Source of the DNA: an uncultured Bacillales bacterium
GTDB taxonomy: Bacteria > Bacillota_I > Bacilli_A > RF39 > UBA660
DNA length: 64,000 nucleotides
Reading direction: 5' to 3'
Assembly: GCA_949948745.1 (NCBI GenBank)
Contig: CATLHA010000004.1
Coordinates: forward strand, 4,261 to 68,260
Below, piece by piece: positions 40,674-50,759 of this stretch. Numbering within the stretch: position 1 is the first letter of the stretch; every line of letters starts with the position of its first letter. The position numbers and the translations under genes were made by a program. The notes below the pieces were generated by a model. It did no database searches. It had not been told where the DNA came from and saw only the letters and a list, made by a program, of their open reading frames with translations.

Positions 40674-41078
40674 ATGAAAGAAACATATGAATTTTTAAAA
40701 ATTAAAACACAAGTAAATTATGTTGCAACAATAGATGGAGACCGTCCAAGTAATCGCCCTTTTGGTGATCCAGTTTTATTTGATAATAAGATTTATGTAT
40801 TGACAAACAAACAGAAGAATGTATCAAAACAATTAGGAATTAATAACCACGCTTGCATTGTAGCCTATGATGGAGAAAATTTTATTCGTATTCATTGTAG
40901 ATTAGTAGATGATAGTAATAATCTAGAAGCAAAACAAGCTATTATTGATGAATTTGATTGGGCAATAGAAGCCGGATATACATTAGATAATCCAGACTTT
41001 CAAGCTTTATATATTGCGGATGCTACTTCAGAAATTATTGATTCTGATGGTAATGTATTAGAAAGATATGAATTTTAA
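40674..41078 (+). CDS. Pyridoxamine 5'-phosphate oxidase-like FMN-binding split-barrel protein
   Basis: YVATIDGDRPSNRPFG, TNKQKNVSKQL..N. Confidence 0.8.
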   Translation: MKETYEFLKIKTQVNYVATIDGDRPSNRPFGDPVLFDNKIYVLTNKQKNVSKQLGINNHACIVAYDGENFIRIHCRLVDDSNNLEAKQAIIDEFDWAIEAGYTLDNPDFQALYIADATSEIIDSDGNVLERYEF

Positions 41079-41119
41079 AAAGACCAGAGTTTTACTTTTC
41101 TGACCTTTTCTATTTATAA

Positions 41120-42415
41120 CTAATTTTCTTTAGGCATTAATCTATAAATAATAGAATTAATGTCTTTTTTTAACTTTTCCTCATCAATTGGTAAAGTTAA
41201 TTGATGATTTTCCATCAATACGCATCCGTTCACAATCGTTGTATCAATATTAGAACTTTCTACATTATGAACAATTTGGTTAATTAAATCAACAGTAGGA
41301 TAAACCTCAGTATTATGTAAATCTAAAATAATAATATCTGCTTTTTTTCCTTCTTCAATAGAACCAATTTTATCTTCTAAGCCTAATGCCCTTGCACCAT
41401 AAATTGTAGCCATTTTTAATACTTCATAAGAGTTAAATACAGTAGGATCTTGGTACTTTGCTTTTTGTAATTGATCAACAACAGACATATGGTAGAACAT
41501 ATTTAGTGTGTTACCACTTCCTTGCCCATCGGTACCTAAACAAATATTAAGACCATTTTTCTTATATTGTACTAAATCAGCGATTCCACACCCTAAATTT
41601 AAATTACTAATAGGGTTAGTTGCAATAGAGACATCATGGGATGCTAGAAGTTTTTGATCTTCTTCTGAAATAAAGGTTCCATGCGCTAAAATTAATTTAT
41701 GATTCAAATATCCTACCTTTTCTAAAGCTTTTGCAGGAGAAGTTTTATAATCATTTCTAATTCCTTCTACTTCTTTTTCATTTTCTGAATAGTGAATATG
41801 AATAGGTAAATGAAGTTCAGTAGCAACTTTTTCACATTCCATTAAATATTCCTCATTACAAGTATACATAGAATGTGGCGTAACTGTAAAAGTTAACAAT
41901 TCTTTTCCTTGATTTTCATTTACCAATTTTTTAAATTCTTCAATTCTTTCCAAAGAATCTGAATCCATATTACCCATTAAACATCTAGAAAATACACTAC
42001 GTACTTTGGCTTCTTCAATCGCTTTTAAACTTCCATTTACACCAAAATACATATCATTTGAAGTTGTAGTTCCAGTTTTAATCATCTCCAAACAAGAAAG
42101 AAGAGTTGTATAATAAATATCTTCATCAGTCATATGGTCTTCAATTGGCCATATTTTTTTAGTTAACCAATCCTGTAAAGGATAGTCATCGTTTGTAGCG
42201 CGAAAAATACTCATTCCTAAGTGAGTATGACAATTGATTAGTCCAGGAAGAACTATCTTTCCACTAGCATCGATTAATTTATCATATGTTCCAGTATACG
42301 AATCCGTAATTTTATCAATTGTATCATCCTTAATTACAATATCTAATTTCTCATATTTTTTTTGTCTTTTTTCATCCATGGTAACAACAGTACCATTTTT
42401 TATTACTTGAATCAT
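41120..42415 (-). CDS. Amidohydrolase (MTA/SAH deaminase, MtaD-like)
   Basis: PGLINCHTH, PHS.Y, HIHYSE, AH, LGTDG, GSIEEGKKAD. Confidence 0.88.
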   Translation of the reverse strand: MIQVIKNGTVVTMDEKRQKKYEKLDIVIKDDTIDKITDSYTGTYDKLIDASGKIVLPGLINCHTHLGMSIFRATNDDYPLQDWLTKKIWPIEDHMTDEDIYYTTLLSCLEMIKTGTTTSNDMYFGVNGSLKAIEEAKVRSVFSRCLMGNMDSDSLERIEEFKKLVNENQGKELLTFTVTPHSMYTCNEEYLMECEKVATELHLPIHIHYSENEKEVEGIRNDYKTSPAKALEKVGYLNHKLILAHGTFISEEDQKLLASHDVSIATNPISNLNLGCGIADLVQYKKNGLNICLGTDGQGSGNTLNMFYHMSVVDQLQKAKYQDPTVFNSYEVLKMATIYGARALGLEDKIGSIEEGKKADIIILDLHNTEVYPTVDLINQIVHNVESSNIDTTIVNGCVLMENHQLTLPIDEEKLKKDINSIIYRLMPKEN

Positions 42416-42530
42416 TTTTTCCTCCTAATATCATTTCTATAACCATTATAACTGATTATTTTAAAAAAATTTAAACTTTTTCGGTCGAGTGTCCATTTTT
42501 TGTAAATAATGATAAGTATAGGAGGGTTTT

Positions 42531-44993
42531 ATGAAATATTTAAAATATTTATTATTAATTGGAATAATAGGTATGTTATTCGCAGTAAAAGAAGTACAAG
42601 CGATGAGTGATTCTTTTTATGAAGGAGAAAAAGTTACAGAAGCATATTTAAAAAAATTTAAGCCGGGATCATCCACTGGAAAATATGAACAAATGAGAAT
42701 GTTTAGAAGAACAAGTGACAACAAGGCAGCTTATTGTATCGAATTATGGGAAACATTATCTACTGATACAATGGTAGGATATGATAAAGACTATGTAAAA
42801 AATGCAAATATAACAGAAGAGCAATGGGAAAGAATTCAATTAATCGCCTATTATGGATATAATTACAAGAATCATACAACAGATAATTGGTATGCTGCAA
42901 GTCAATTTTTAATTTGGAAAACACTAGAACCAGAAAGTACCATTTATTTTACAGATACATTAAATGGAAATAGAGTAGAAAAATTTGTATCAGAAATAAA
43001 TGAAATAGAAAATTTAATAAAAGAACATTATATTTTACCAAGTTATGCGAATATGACTTTTACTCTAAAGTATGGAGCCAAAACAGAAATTGCAGATTAT
43101 AATCATGTAACCAAAAATTATAAAGTATTATCTGATAAAAGAATAGAAACAACAACTGGAATGAATGGTCTTACAGTAGAACCTACTTTATTAGAAGAAA
43201 CTACATTAAGACTAGTAAAAGAAGAATTAGAAGAAAAGACGATTCTGTATGTTACGAATAAAGGACAAAATCTAATTGTAAGAGGAAATTATCCAAAAGT
43301 AGAAACCACAGTGAAAATAAAAATAAATACAGGTACAGTAAGATTTCAAAAAGTAGATGATAAAACAGAGATAAGTATTCCAGAAGGAGAAGCATCTTTT
43401 GACGAAACTATTTATGAAGTTTATGATAAATATCATCATTTAATAACAACAATTACCTTTACAGATCAAAATCCAGTAGTAATAGAAAAGTTGCCCTATG
43501 GGGAATTATTCATTAAAGAAATAAAGAGTGGGAAAGGATATCAACTAGATGAAACTATTCATGAAATAGTAATAAATGATAATACTAAAATAATAGACTA
43601 TATTTTAAAAGATAAAGTTTATGATGGAAAGGTTATAATTCAAAAATACTATGAGAAAGGAAATAAACTAGTAAAAGAACAAGGAGCAGAATTTGAAATT
43701 TACAATTCTAAGAAAGAATTAATTAAGACCATAGTAACAGATGAAAATGGAAAAGTAGAAGTTATATTACCCTATGGAAACTATAAATTTCATCAAATAA
43801 AAGGGCAAAAGGGACATGAATTAGTAGAAGATTTCGTAATAGAAATTAAAGAAGAAAAAGAACAAAATATAGAATTGATTCTAAATGATTCTAAACTAAA
43901 AAGATATTTAAAAGTAATAAAAAAAGATCAAGATACGAAAAAAGAAATTGTAATAGGAAATGCCACTTTTAAGATAAAAAATTTGGATACAGGGGAATAT
44001 ATAAAGCAGAAAGTATCTTACCCAAAAGAAGAAATAATTGAATTATTTAGTACGAATAGTGAAGGATTCTTTTTAACACCAGAACCATTAGAAAAGGGAA
44101 ATTATCAATTAGAAGAAGTAACTGCACCAAATGGATATAAGAAAATAGATACACCAATTCAATTTGTAGTAGATCAGGATTCTGAAACAATAGTAGATGA
44201 AGTTTACGGAAAAATAATGATACTAGAGGTTTATAATGAAAGTTTAAAAGGTGAGTTAAATATCATAAAAAAAGGAGAAAATTTTCAAGTAGAAACAGAT
44301 AAATACTATTATGAATATCATCCATTAGAAAATATTTCATTCAATATTTATGCAGAAGAAGATATCTTAATGGGAGATGGCACTAAATTATATTCAAAAG
44401 ATGAATTAGTTAGTGAAAAAACGACTGATAAAGAGGGATATATTTCAATAAATCTACCATTAGGTAAATATTATGTAATAGAAACTGCATTTTTAGATGG
44501 ATATATCGAAAATACAAAAAAATATTCTGTCGAATTGACAAATGACAACCTAAAACAAGATTTAAGAATTTATAATTATTTAAAAAAAGGAAGCATTAAA
44601 ATATATAAAAAAGATGCAAGTACAAAAATACCAATTAGTGATACTTATTTTTCTGTTTATAAAGAAGATGGAAAATTGTTAAAAACGATTGTAACAGATG
44701 AAAATGGAGAGGCAATTATCGACTTTTTACCATTAGGAAAATACAAGATAGAGGAAATAAAAAGTAATCCAGATTATAAAATAGATCATACAAAAATAGA
44801 AGTAGAATTAACAGAAGAACAAGTAGTTGTTCCACTAGAAATAGAAAATGAAAAATTAGAAATTATGCCACCACATACAGAGGTACATAAGACCGTAATA
44901 AAAAAATGCTTACTAATTGAATGTGGATTAGAAATAATCATGGCATTTATAATAATCAATAATAAGAAAAGAATGATATTAACAAAAGAATAA
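42531..44993 (+). CDS. Surface adhesin: thioester domain plus SpaA/Cna-B isopeptide repeats
   Basis: Signal peptide, AYCIE and SQFLIW (Cys-Gln thioester motifs), repeated K.D...F....LP.G.Y...E...GY units, C-terminal PPHTE + hydrophobic + KKR. Confidence 0.85.
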   Translation: MKYLKYLLLIGIIGMLFAVKEVQAMSDSFYEGEKVTEAYLKKFKPGSSTGKYEQMRMFRRTSDNKAAYCIELWETLSTDTMVGYDKDYVKNANITEEQWERIQLIAYYGYNYKNHTTDNWYAASQFLIWKTLEPESTIYFTDTLNGNRVEKFVSEINEIENLIKEHYILPSYANMTFTLKYGAKTEIADYNHVTKNYKVLSDKRIETTTGMNGLTVEPTLLEETTLRLVKEELEEKTILYVTNKGQNLIVRGNYPKVETTVKIKINTGTVRFQKVDDKTEISIPEGEASFDETIYEVYDKYHHLITTITFTDQNPVVIEKLPYGELFIKEIKSGKGYQLDETIHEIVINDNTKIIDYILKDKVYDGKVIIQKYYEKGNKLVKEQGAEFEIYNSKKELIKTIVTDENGKVEVILPYGNYKFHQIKGQKGHELVEDFVIEIKEEKEQNIELILNDSKLKRYLKVIKKDQDTKKEIVIGNATFKIKNLDTGEYIKQKVSYPKEEIIELFSTNSEGFFLTPEPLEKGNYQLEEVTAPNGYKKIDTPIQFVVDQDSETIVDEVYGKIMILEVYNESLKGELNIIKKGENFQVETDKYYYEYHPLENISFNIYAEEDILMGDGTKLYSKDELVSEKTTDKEGYISINLPLGKYYVIETAFLDGYIENTKKYSVELTNDNLKQDLRIYNYLKKGSIKIYKKDASTKIPISDTYFSVYKEDGKLLKTIVTDENGEAIIDFLPLGKYKIEEIKSNPDYKIDHTKIEVELTEEQVVVPLEIENEKLEIMPPHTEVHKTVIKKCLLIECGLEIIMAFIIINNKKRMILTKE

Positions 44994-45135
44994 GAAAATG
45001 AGACTTTAAATGAAAGCTTTTAGATTTTTCTAAAAGTTTTTATTTTAATTAAAAAATAAGGACAAACAATAGGAAATATGGGACTTTTCTTTACTTTGAT
45101 AATAAAATTATTATATAATGATACTAGGTGATAAA

Positions 45136-46281
45136 ATGAAAAAGATAAGCATTTTAGCTCTTCATTTAGGTTATGGTGGAATCGAAAAAAGTATTATAAA
45201 TTTGGCAAATTTAATTTGCGATGAATATAAAGTGGAAATAATTTCTACTTATCGACTAGAAGAACAACCTGCATTTACAATTGATGAAAGAGTAAATGTC
45301 CGATATTTAATAGAAAAATATAAACCAAATAGAGAAGAATGGAAACAATCTATAAAAAAATTAAAACCGATTACTTTCTTAAAAGAATCCTATAAATCAC
45401 TAGTTGTTTTACTACTTAGAAGAAGAAAAACAATCACTGCGATTAAAGATAGTGATAGTGATATTATCATATCAACACGTGTATTGTTTAATAAATGGTT
45501 AGGAAATCATGGAAAGAAAAAAACATATAAGATTGGATGGGAACATAATCACCATCATCAAGATGTGAAGTATATAGAGTCTGTAGTATCATCTAGCAAA
45601 AAATTAGATAGATTAGTTTTAGTTTCTGATTCTCTAAGATCTTTTTATAAAAAGGAATTCAAAAAGTCAGAAATAAAATGCAAATGTGTCTATATTCCAA
45701 ATATGATTGATAAAATTCCAAAATCGTCTTCTACTTTAAAAAATCATACACTAATTTCAATTGGACGTTTTTCAAGAGAAAAAGGATTTGTTGACTTAAT
45801 TGAGGTATTTCATAAAATTCATGAAAAAGAACCAAGCTGGAAATTATGTTTAATTGGAGATGGTGCTGAAAGAAATAAAATCGTAGATAGAATTTATCAG
45901 TATCAATTAACAGATGCTGTAGAGCTTCACGGATATTTAAAAAGAGACAAAATAGATGCATTATTACATGAATCGTCTATCTATTTAATGACATCATATA
46001 CAGAATCTTTTGGAATCGTTTTAATAGAAGCAATGTCTCATGGAGTTCCTTGTATTGCTTTTTCCTCTGCAGAAGGAGCAAATGATTTAATTACGAATGG
46101 TAAAAATGGATATTTAATCGATAATCGTGATTTTGATAAGATGGCAGATAAAGTAATTGAATTAATAAATAACCAAAAACTAAGAAAAGAGTTAGGAACA
46201 GAAGCAAAACAAATAAGTTCCAATTATACACAAAAAGAAGTAAAAGATAATTGGTTAAAACTTCTAAAAAAAAGGGGATAA
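45136..46281 (+). CDS. Glycosyltransferase family 4
   Basis: GYGGIE, WEH, GRFSREKG, ESFGIVLIEAM (Ex7E). Confidence 0.9.
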   Translation: MKKISILALHLGYGGIEKSIINLANLICDEYKVEIISTYRLEEQPAFTIDERVNVRYLIEKYKPNREEWKQSIKKLKPITFLKESYKSLVVLLLRRRKTITAIKDSDSDIIISTRVLFNKWLGNHGKKKTYKIGWEHNHHHQDVKYIESVVSSSKKLDRLVLVSDSLRSFYKKEFKKSEIKCKCVYIPNMIDKIPKSSSTLKNHTLISIGRFSREKGFVDLIEVFHKIHEKEPSWKLCLIGDGAERNKIVDRIYQYQLTDAVELHGYLKRDKIDALLHESSIYLMTSYTESFGIVLIEAMSHGVPCIAFSSAEGANDLITNGKNGYLIDNRDFDKMADKVIELINNQKLRKELGTEAKQISSNYTQKEVKDNWLKLLKKRG

Positions 46282-46282
46282 T

Positions 46283-46759
46283 ATGAAAAAAAAGAAAGTA
46301 TTATTTATTTCTAGTACAGGTGGACATCTAACTGAAATGATGAGACTAGAATCATTATTTAAAGAATATGATTTCAGAATTATTACAGAAAAAACAACTT
46401 CCAGTACTTATTTAGAAGAAAAATATAAAGACAAATTAAGTTATATGTTTTATGGAACTAAAGACCATATGGCAACGTATCCATTTAAATTATTAGGAAA
46501 TTGTTGTAAGAGTTTATATTATTATATTAAATTTAGACCAAAATATATTGTTACAACAGGAGCTCATACAGCAGGGCCAATTTGTTGTATTGGAAAGTTA
46601 TTCGGAACTAAAATTATTTATATTGAGTCTTTTGCTAATATTAAGACAAAAACAATTACAGGAAGATTGCTTTATCATTTTGCTGATTTATTTATTGTAC
46701 AGTGGGAAAGTATGTTAAAACTATATCCAAAGGCAACGTACGGTGGTTGGATTTATTAG
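46283..46759 (+). CDS. PssD/Cps14F (Alg14-like) glycosyltransferase subunit
   Basis: SSTGGHL, TTGA, IYIESFA, FIVQW. Confidence 0.9.
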   Translation: MKKKKVLFISSTGGHLTEMMRLESLFKEYDFRIITEKTTSSTYLEEKYKDKLSYMFYGTKDHMATYPFKLLGNCCKSLYYYIKFRPKYIVTTGAHTAGPICCIGKLFGTKIIYIESFANIKTKTITGRLLYHFADLFIVQWESMLKLYPKATYGGWIY

Positions 46760-46853
46760 AAATAAAGCTTCTAGGTTGAGAGTAGTCATAATAAGATAAA
46801 AAATAACATTGAAATTTTCTTTTGTTTAAGAAAGTAAACGAGGTGATGATAAA

Positions 46854-47714
46854 ATGATTTTAGTAACCTTAGGTACACAAGATAAAAGCTTTGAAAGATT
46901 ATTAATAGAAATTGAAAAATTAATCGATAAAAAAATAATTGAAGAAGAAGTAATCGTTCAAGCAGGATATACAAATTATTCTAGTGATAAAATGAAAGTA
47001 TTTGATTATTTACCAAAAAATGAATTTGAAAAAATGATTAAAAAATGTAACTACATTATTACACATGGTGGAGTAGGAACAATATTTGATGGACTTTCTT
47101 ATGATAAAAAAATAATTGCCGTTCCAAGACTTTCTGAATATAAAGAACATAATAATGATCATCAAATACAAGTAGTAGAAGAACTTGGAAAAGAAGAATA
47201 TATTATTCCTTGTATGGAACTAAAAGACTTAGAAAAAAGTATAAAAATGATAAAAAAATTCCATCCTAAAAAATATAATGGAAATCATGATAAGATGACT
47301 GAAACTATAAAAAAATTTATAGAAGATGAACAAAAACTATCACCTAAAATAACAAAATATCTGGTATCCAGTGCTTTCTTTTTATTAACTTTTGTATTAA
47401 TTAACTATTTAGTTTCAATTTATCATAATAATTTAATAATTCATTTATCTTGCTGGTTAATTTCTTATATCTTAATTTTAATTTCTTATTTTATATGGAA
47501 TAGAATAAAACCAACATATAATAAAAAAATTTTCCTATTTAGTTTCGTTTGCTTTACAATAGATCAAATTATATTCTTTCTATTATCCCTTCAGTTTTCA
47601 CAGATATTTGCGCTAATAAATAGCTACATAATTACATTCATAATTAGCTATACTATTTTTATGCTAATCATAGGAAATAGTAATTTACTTGACAGTGAAA
47701 CAAAAGAGGAGTAG
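46854..47714 (+). CDS. PssE/Cps14G (GT28-C, Alg13-like) glycosyltransferase fused to a 4-TM GtrA-like domain
   Basis: MILVTLGTQ, THGGVGT, VPRL..Y.EH.NDHQ; C-terminal ~120 aa with four hydrophobic helices. Confidence 0.8.
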   Translation: MILVTLGTQDKSFERLLIEIEKLIDKKIIEEEVIVQAGYTNYSSDKMKVFDYLPKNEFEKMIKKCNYIITHGGVGTIFDGLSYDKKIIAVPRLSEYKEHNNDHQIQVVEELGKEEYIIPCMELKDLEKSIKMIKKFHPKKYNGNHDKMTETIKKFIEDEQKLSPKITKYLVSSAFFLLTFVLINYLVSIYHNNLIIHLSCWLISYILILISYFIWNRIKPTYNKKIFLFSFVCFTIDQIIFFLLSLQFSQIFALINSYIITFIISYTIFMLIIGNSNLLDSETKEE

Positions 47715-47763
47715 TTACAAATGTTTTTATTTATGATATTATAAGCGTAATGGAGGAAGTAGT

Positions 47764-48714
47764 ATGAAAAAAATATCAATTATTGTTCCTTGTCATAATG
47801 AAGAAGGATCTGTACCACTTTTTTATAAAGAAGTAAATAAAATCAGTGAAGAAATGAAAAAGGACGCTGAATTTGAATTTGTTTTTGTAAATGATGGATC
47901 TAAAGATAAAACATTACAAGTACTAAGAGAATTATCCGATAAAGATGAAAGAGTAAGATATATTTCATTTTCTAGAAATTTTGGAAAAGAGTCTGCCATG
48001 TTTGCAGGATTAGAAGCATCAACTGGAGATTACATTACAACAATGGATGCCGATTTACAAGATCCACCAGCTTTATTAAAAGAAATGTTTGCAATTTTAG
48101 AAGAAGGAGAATACGATTGTGTTGCGACAAAAAGTACCAACCGTAAAGGATATTCTTTCTTGAGAAAAATATTTACAAAATGGTTTTATAGCTTAATTGG
48201 AAAAATTTCAGAAACAGAAATGATTCCAGGAGCTAGAGACTTTAGATTGATGACAAGACAAATGGTAGATGCAGTAATATCTATGAAAGAGTATAATCGT
48301 TATTCTAAAGGATTATTCAGTTTTGTTGGATTTGATACAAAATGGATTGAATTTGAGTTAGAAGAAAGAGTAGCTGGAAAAACAAACTTTAATTTTAAAA
48401 AATTATTTTCATATGCGGTAGAAGGAATTGTTGCTTTTTCAACAACGCCATTAGTGTTCGCAGCATTAGTAGGAATTATTTTCTGTTTAATCGCAGCGAT
48501 ATTAATTATTGTAATTATTTCTAAAACATTAATTTGGGGAGATCCAGTAGGTGGATGGCCAAGTACTGCTTGTATTATCTTTTTAGTTGGTGGATTACAA
48601 TTATTTTGTACTGGAATTATTGGGGAATATTTAGCTAAAACATATCTTGAAACAAAAAATAGACCAATTTATATAGTGAAAGAAACAGAAAAAAGTAAGA
48701 AGAAGAAAAAATAG
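47764..48714 (+). CDS. GT2 polyprenyl-phosphate glycosyltransferase (GtrB/CsbB/YkoT-like)
   Basis: VPCHNEE, VNDGS, SRNFGKE, DADLQDPP, DFRLM, two C-terminal TMs, GEYL..Y.E.K.RP.Y. Confidence 0.9.
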   Translation: MKKISIIVPCHNEEGSVPLFYKEVNKISEEMKKDAEFEFVFVNDGSKDKTLQVLRELSDKDERVRYISFSRNFGKESAMFAGLEASTGDYITTMDADLQDPPALLKEMFAILEEGEYDCVATKSTNRKGYSFLRKIFTKWFYSLIGKISETEMIPGARDFRLMTRQMVDAVISMKEYNRYSKGLFSFVGFDTKWIEFELEERVAGKTNFNFKKLFSYAVEGIVAFSTTPLVFAALVGIIFCLIAAILIIVIISKTLIWGDPVGGWPSTACIIFLVGGLQLFCTGIIGEYLAKTYLETKNRPIYIVKETEKSKKKKK

Positions 48715-48752
48715 TTCTTACTTTTTCGTTTTGTAAATAAGGAGGAGAATGA

Positions 48753-49757
48753 ATGAAAATATTAGTAACAGGTGGATGTGGATATATTGGAAGTCACACA
48801 GTAGTAGAATTGTTAGAAAATGATTGCGAAGTGGTAATTATTGATGATTTATCAAATTCAGATAAAATAGTACTAAATCATATTCAAAAAATAACTGGAA
48901 AAATGCCAATCTTTTATGAAGGAGACATGAAAAATTTTGATTTATTAAGAAAAATATTTCAGGAACATACTTTTGATGCAGTTATTCATTTTGCGGGATA
49001 TAAAGCAGTAGGAGAATCTGTTCAAAAGCCATTAATGTATTATGAAAATAATTTAGAATCAACAATACATTTATGTGAAGTAATGAATGAATTTCATTGT
49101 AAAAAATTAGTTTTCTCATCTTCTGCAACTGTATATGGAAGTCCAGAAAAATTACCAATTAAAGAAGATGCAAAACTATCGACGACAAATCCATATGGAA
49201 CAACTAAACTAATGATTGAACATATTTTAAGGGATTTAGTAGTATCAGATTCTAATTGGAGTATCGCACTACTAAGATATTTTAATCCAATTGGAGCACA
49301 TACTTCAGGTTTACTTGGAGAAAATCCAAAAGGAATTCCAAATAATTTAATGCCATATATTATAAAAGTAGCAACAAAAGAATTGCCACAACTAAATGTA
49401 TTTGGAAATGACTATGATACAAAAGATGGTACTGGAGTAAGAGATTATATTCACGTAGTAGATTTAGCTCATGGACATCTTTGCGCTGTAAATAAAATTA
49501 TAAATAGTACTGGAATTGATGCCTATAATTTAGGAACAGGAAAAGGATATAGTGTATTAGAATTAGTAAGTACATTTGAAAGAGTAAATAACATTAAAAT
49601 TCCATATGAAATATGTCCAAGAAGAAGTGGAGATATTGCAGAGTGTTATGCAGATCCAAGTTATGCAAAAGAAAAATTAAACTGGGAAGCAACCAAAAAT
49701 TTAGAAGAGATGTGTAGGGATTCCTACAATTATGTTTCCAATATAAATAACAAATAA
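48753..49757 (+). CDS. galE: UDP-glucose 4-epimerase
   Basis: TGGCGYIGSH, HFAGYKAVGES, FSSSATVYG, YGTTK, LRYFNP, RDYIHV. Confidence 0.95.
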   Translation: MKILVTGGCGYIGSHTVVELLENDCEVVIIDDLSNSDKIVLNHIQKITGKMPIFYEGDMKNFDLLRKIFQEHTFDAVIHFAGYKAVGESVQKPLMYYENNLESTIHLCEVMNEFHCKKLVFSSSATVYGSPEKLPIKEDAKLSTTNPYGTTKLMIEHILRDLVVSDSNWSIALLRYFNPIGAHTSGLLGENPKGIPNNLMPYIIKVATKELPQLNVFGNDYDTKDGTGVRDYIHVVDLAHGHLCAVNKIINSTGIDAYNLGTGKGYSVLELVSTFERVNNIKIPYEICPRRSGDIAECYADPSYAKEKLNWEATKNLEEMCRDSYNYVSNINNK

Positions 49758-49769
49758 AATAAAAAATTA

Positions 49770-50612
49770 CTACTGTAACTTGGTAGTAATTTTTCTTTTT
49801 TGAAATTCTTTTTGAAATTCCTCTTGATAAATTTTAACATCACTTGAAATCTTATTAATTTCAGAGTCATCTAAATTTTTACCTAATCTTTGATATAATT
49901 GATAAGCTTTATAGTATTCACTGATATTAATTAAAGCAGTTGTTAAATTAGTAATCATTGGAACAAACAGTTTGATATCAGATAAATTCCCATCTTCATC
50001 CTGTTTATAATTAACTCCATAAAATAATAAAGCATTTTCATCTTCTTCATTCAAATCATAAATTCTAAAACTATCCTGCTTTATATATTTCATAAATTCT
50101 CTTGGTAATTTTAAAAATTTAATAATATCTTTTTTATTTAATGTTCCTTGAAGCATATCCTCAATCAATGAATCATCTTCTACGATTGTTTCAAAATCTC
50201 TTGGCATTCTTTTCGCGCGATATTCTTCATGCATTTGACAAGCTACTTCCATATCTTCAAGCACTTGTATATAATATTCATCAGTTTCCTCAGTTAATTC
50301 ATCCAAGTCATCTAAAAATCCATCTACAGAAAATGTGGAATAATCGATATCACGTTTTCTTTTAGATAAATAATTAAAAATCTTTCTTTCTTGTCTTATA
50401 ATACTAAAATATTCATTCCATACTGCGAAAATATCTTTTGAGATTGAACTATCAGAACCAAAAGCCAACACACTCTTAATATACATTTCAATAGAAAATA
50501 GTAGCATAAAGCACCCTCTTGATGTGTTCTTCTTTCTCATACAATAAATTTTATAATCTGTATCACGAATATCTTCTAATCGATTTTTATCAATTTTAAA
50601 CATGCAATTCAT
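49770..50612 (-). CDS. Hypothetical protein
   Basis: 280-aa ORF with own TTGACA-17-TAAAAT promoter. Confidence 0.7.
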   Translation of the reverse strand: MNCMFKIDKNRLEDIRDTDYKIYCMRKKNTSRGCFMLLFSIEMYIKSVLAFGSDSSISKDIFAVWNEYFSIIRQERKIFNYLSKRKRDIDYSTFSVDGFLDDLDELTEETDEYYIQVLEDMEVACQMHEEYRAKRMPRDFETIVEDDSLIEDMLQGTLNKKDIIKFLKLPREFMKYIKQDSFRIYDLNEEDENALLFYGVNYKQDEDGNLSDIKLFVPMITNLTTALINISEYYKAYQLYQRLGKNLDDSEINKISSDVKIYQEEFQKEFQKRKITTKLQ

Positions 50613-50632
50613 CTCTTTTCTAATAGTTTAAT

Positions 50633-50726
50633 ATTTTATTATTTTATGTATATCTTGTCAATCTAAACTGCTTTTACACTATCGAAAAATCAAAAATTTG
50701 ACAAGATAAGAAAATACGAGTATAAT
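50633..50726. promoter_or_regulatory. Back-to-back divergent sigma-A promoters
   Basis: + strand TTGACA 50698-50703 / TATAAT 50721-50726; - strand TTGACA 50661-50656 / TAAAAT 50638-50633; both with 17-bp spacers. Confidence 0.75.
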
Positions 50727-50759
50727 ATTGAACTATCCCGTGTATAAGAGGTGTTATAG

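Noticed and set aside
29475-41100. Integrative element or prophage at tRNA-His
   Set aside because: No integrase, no phage structural genes and no second copy of the tRNA 3' end were seen
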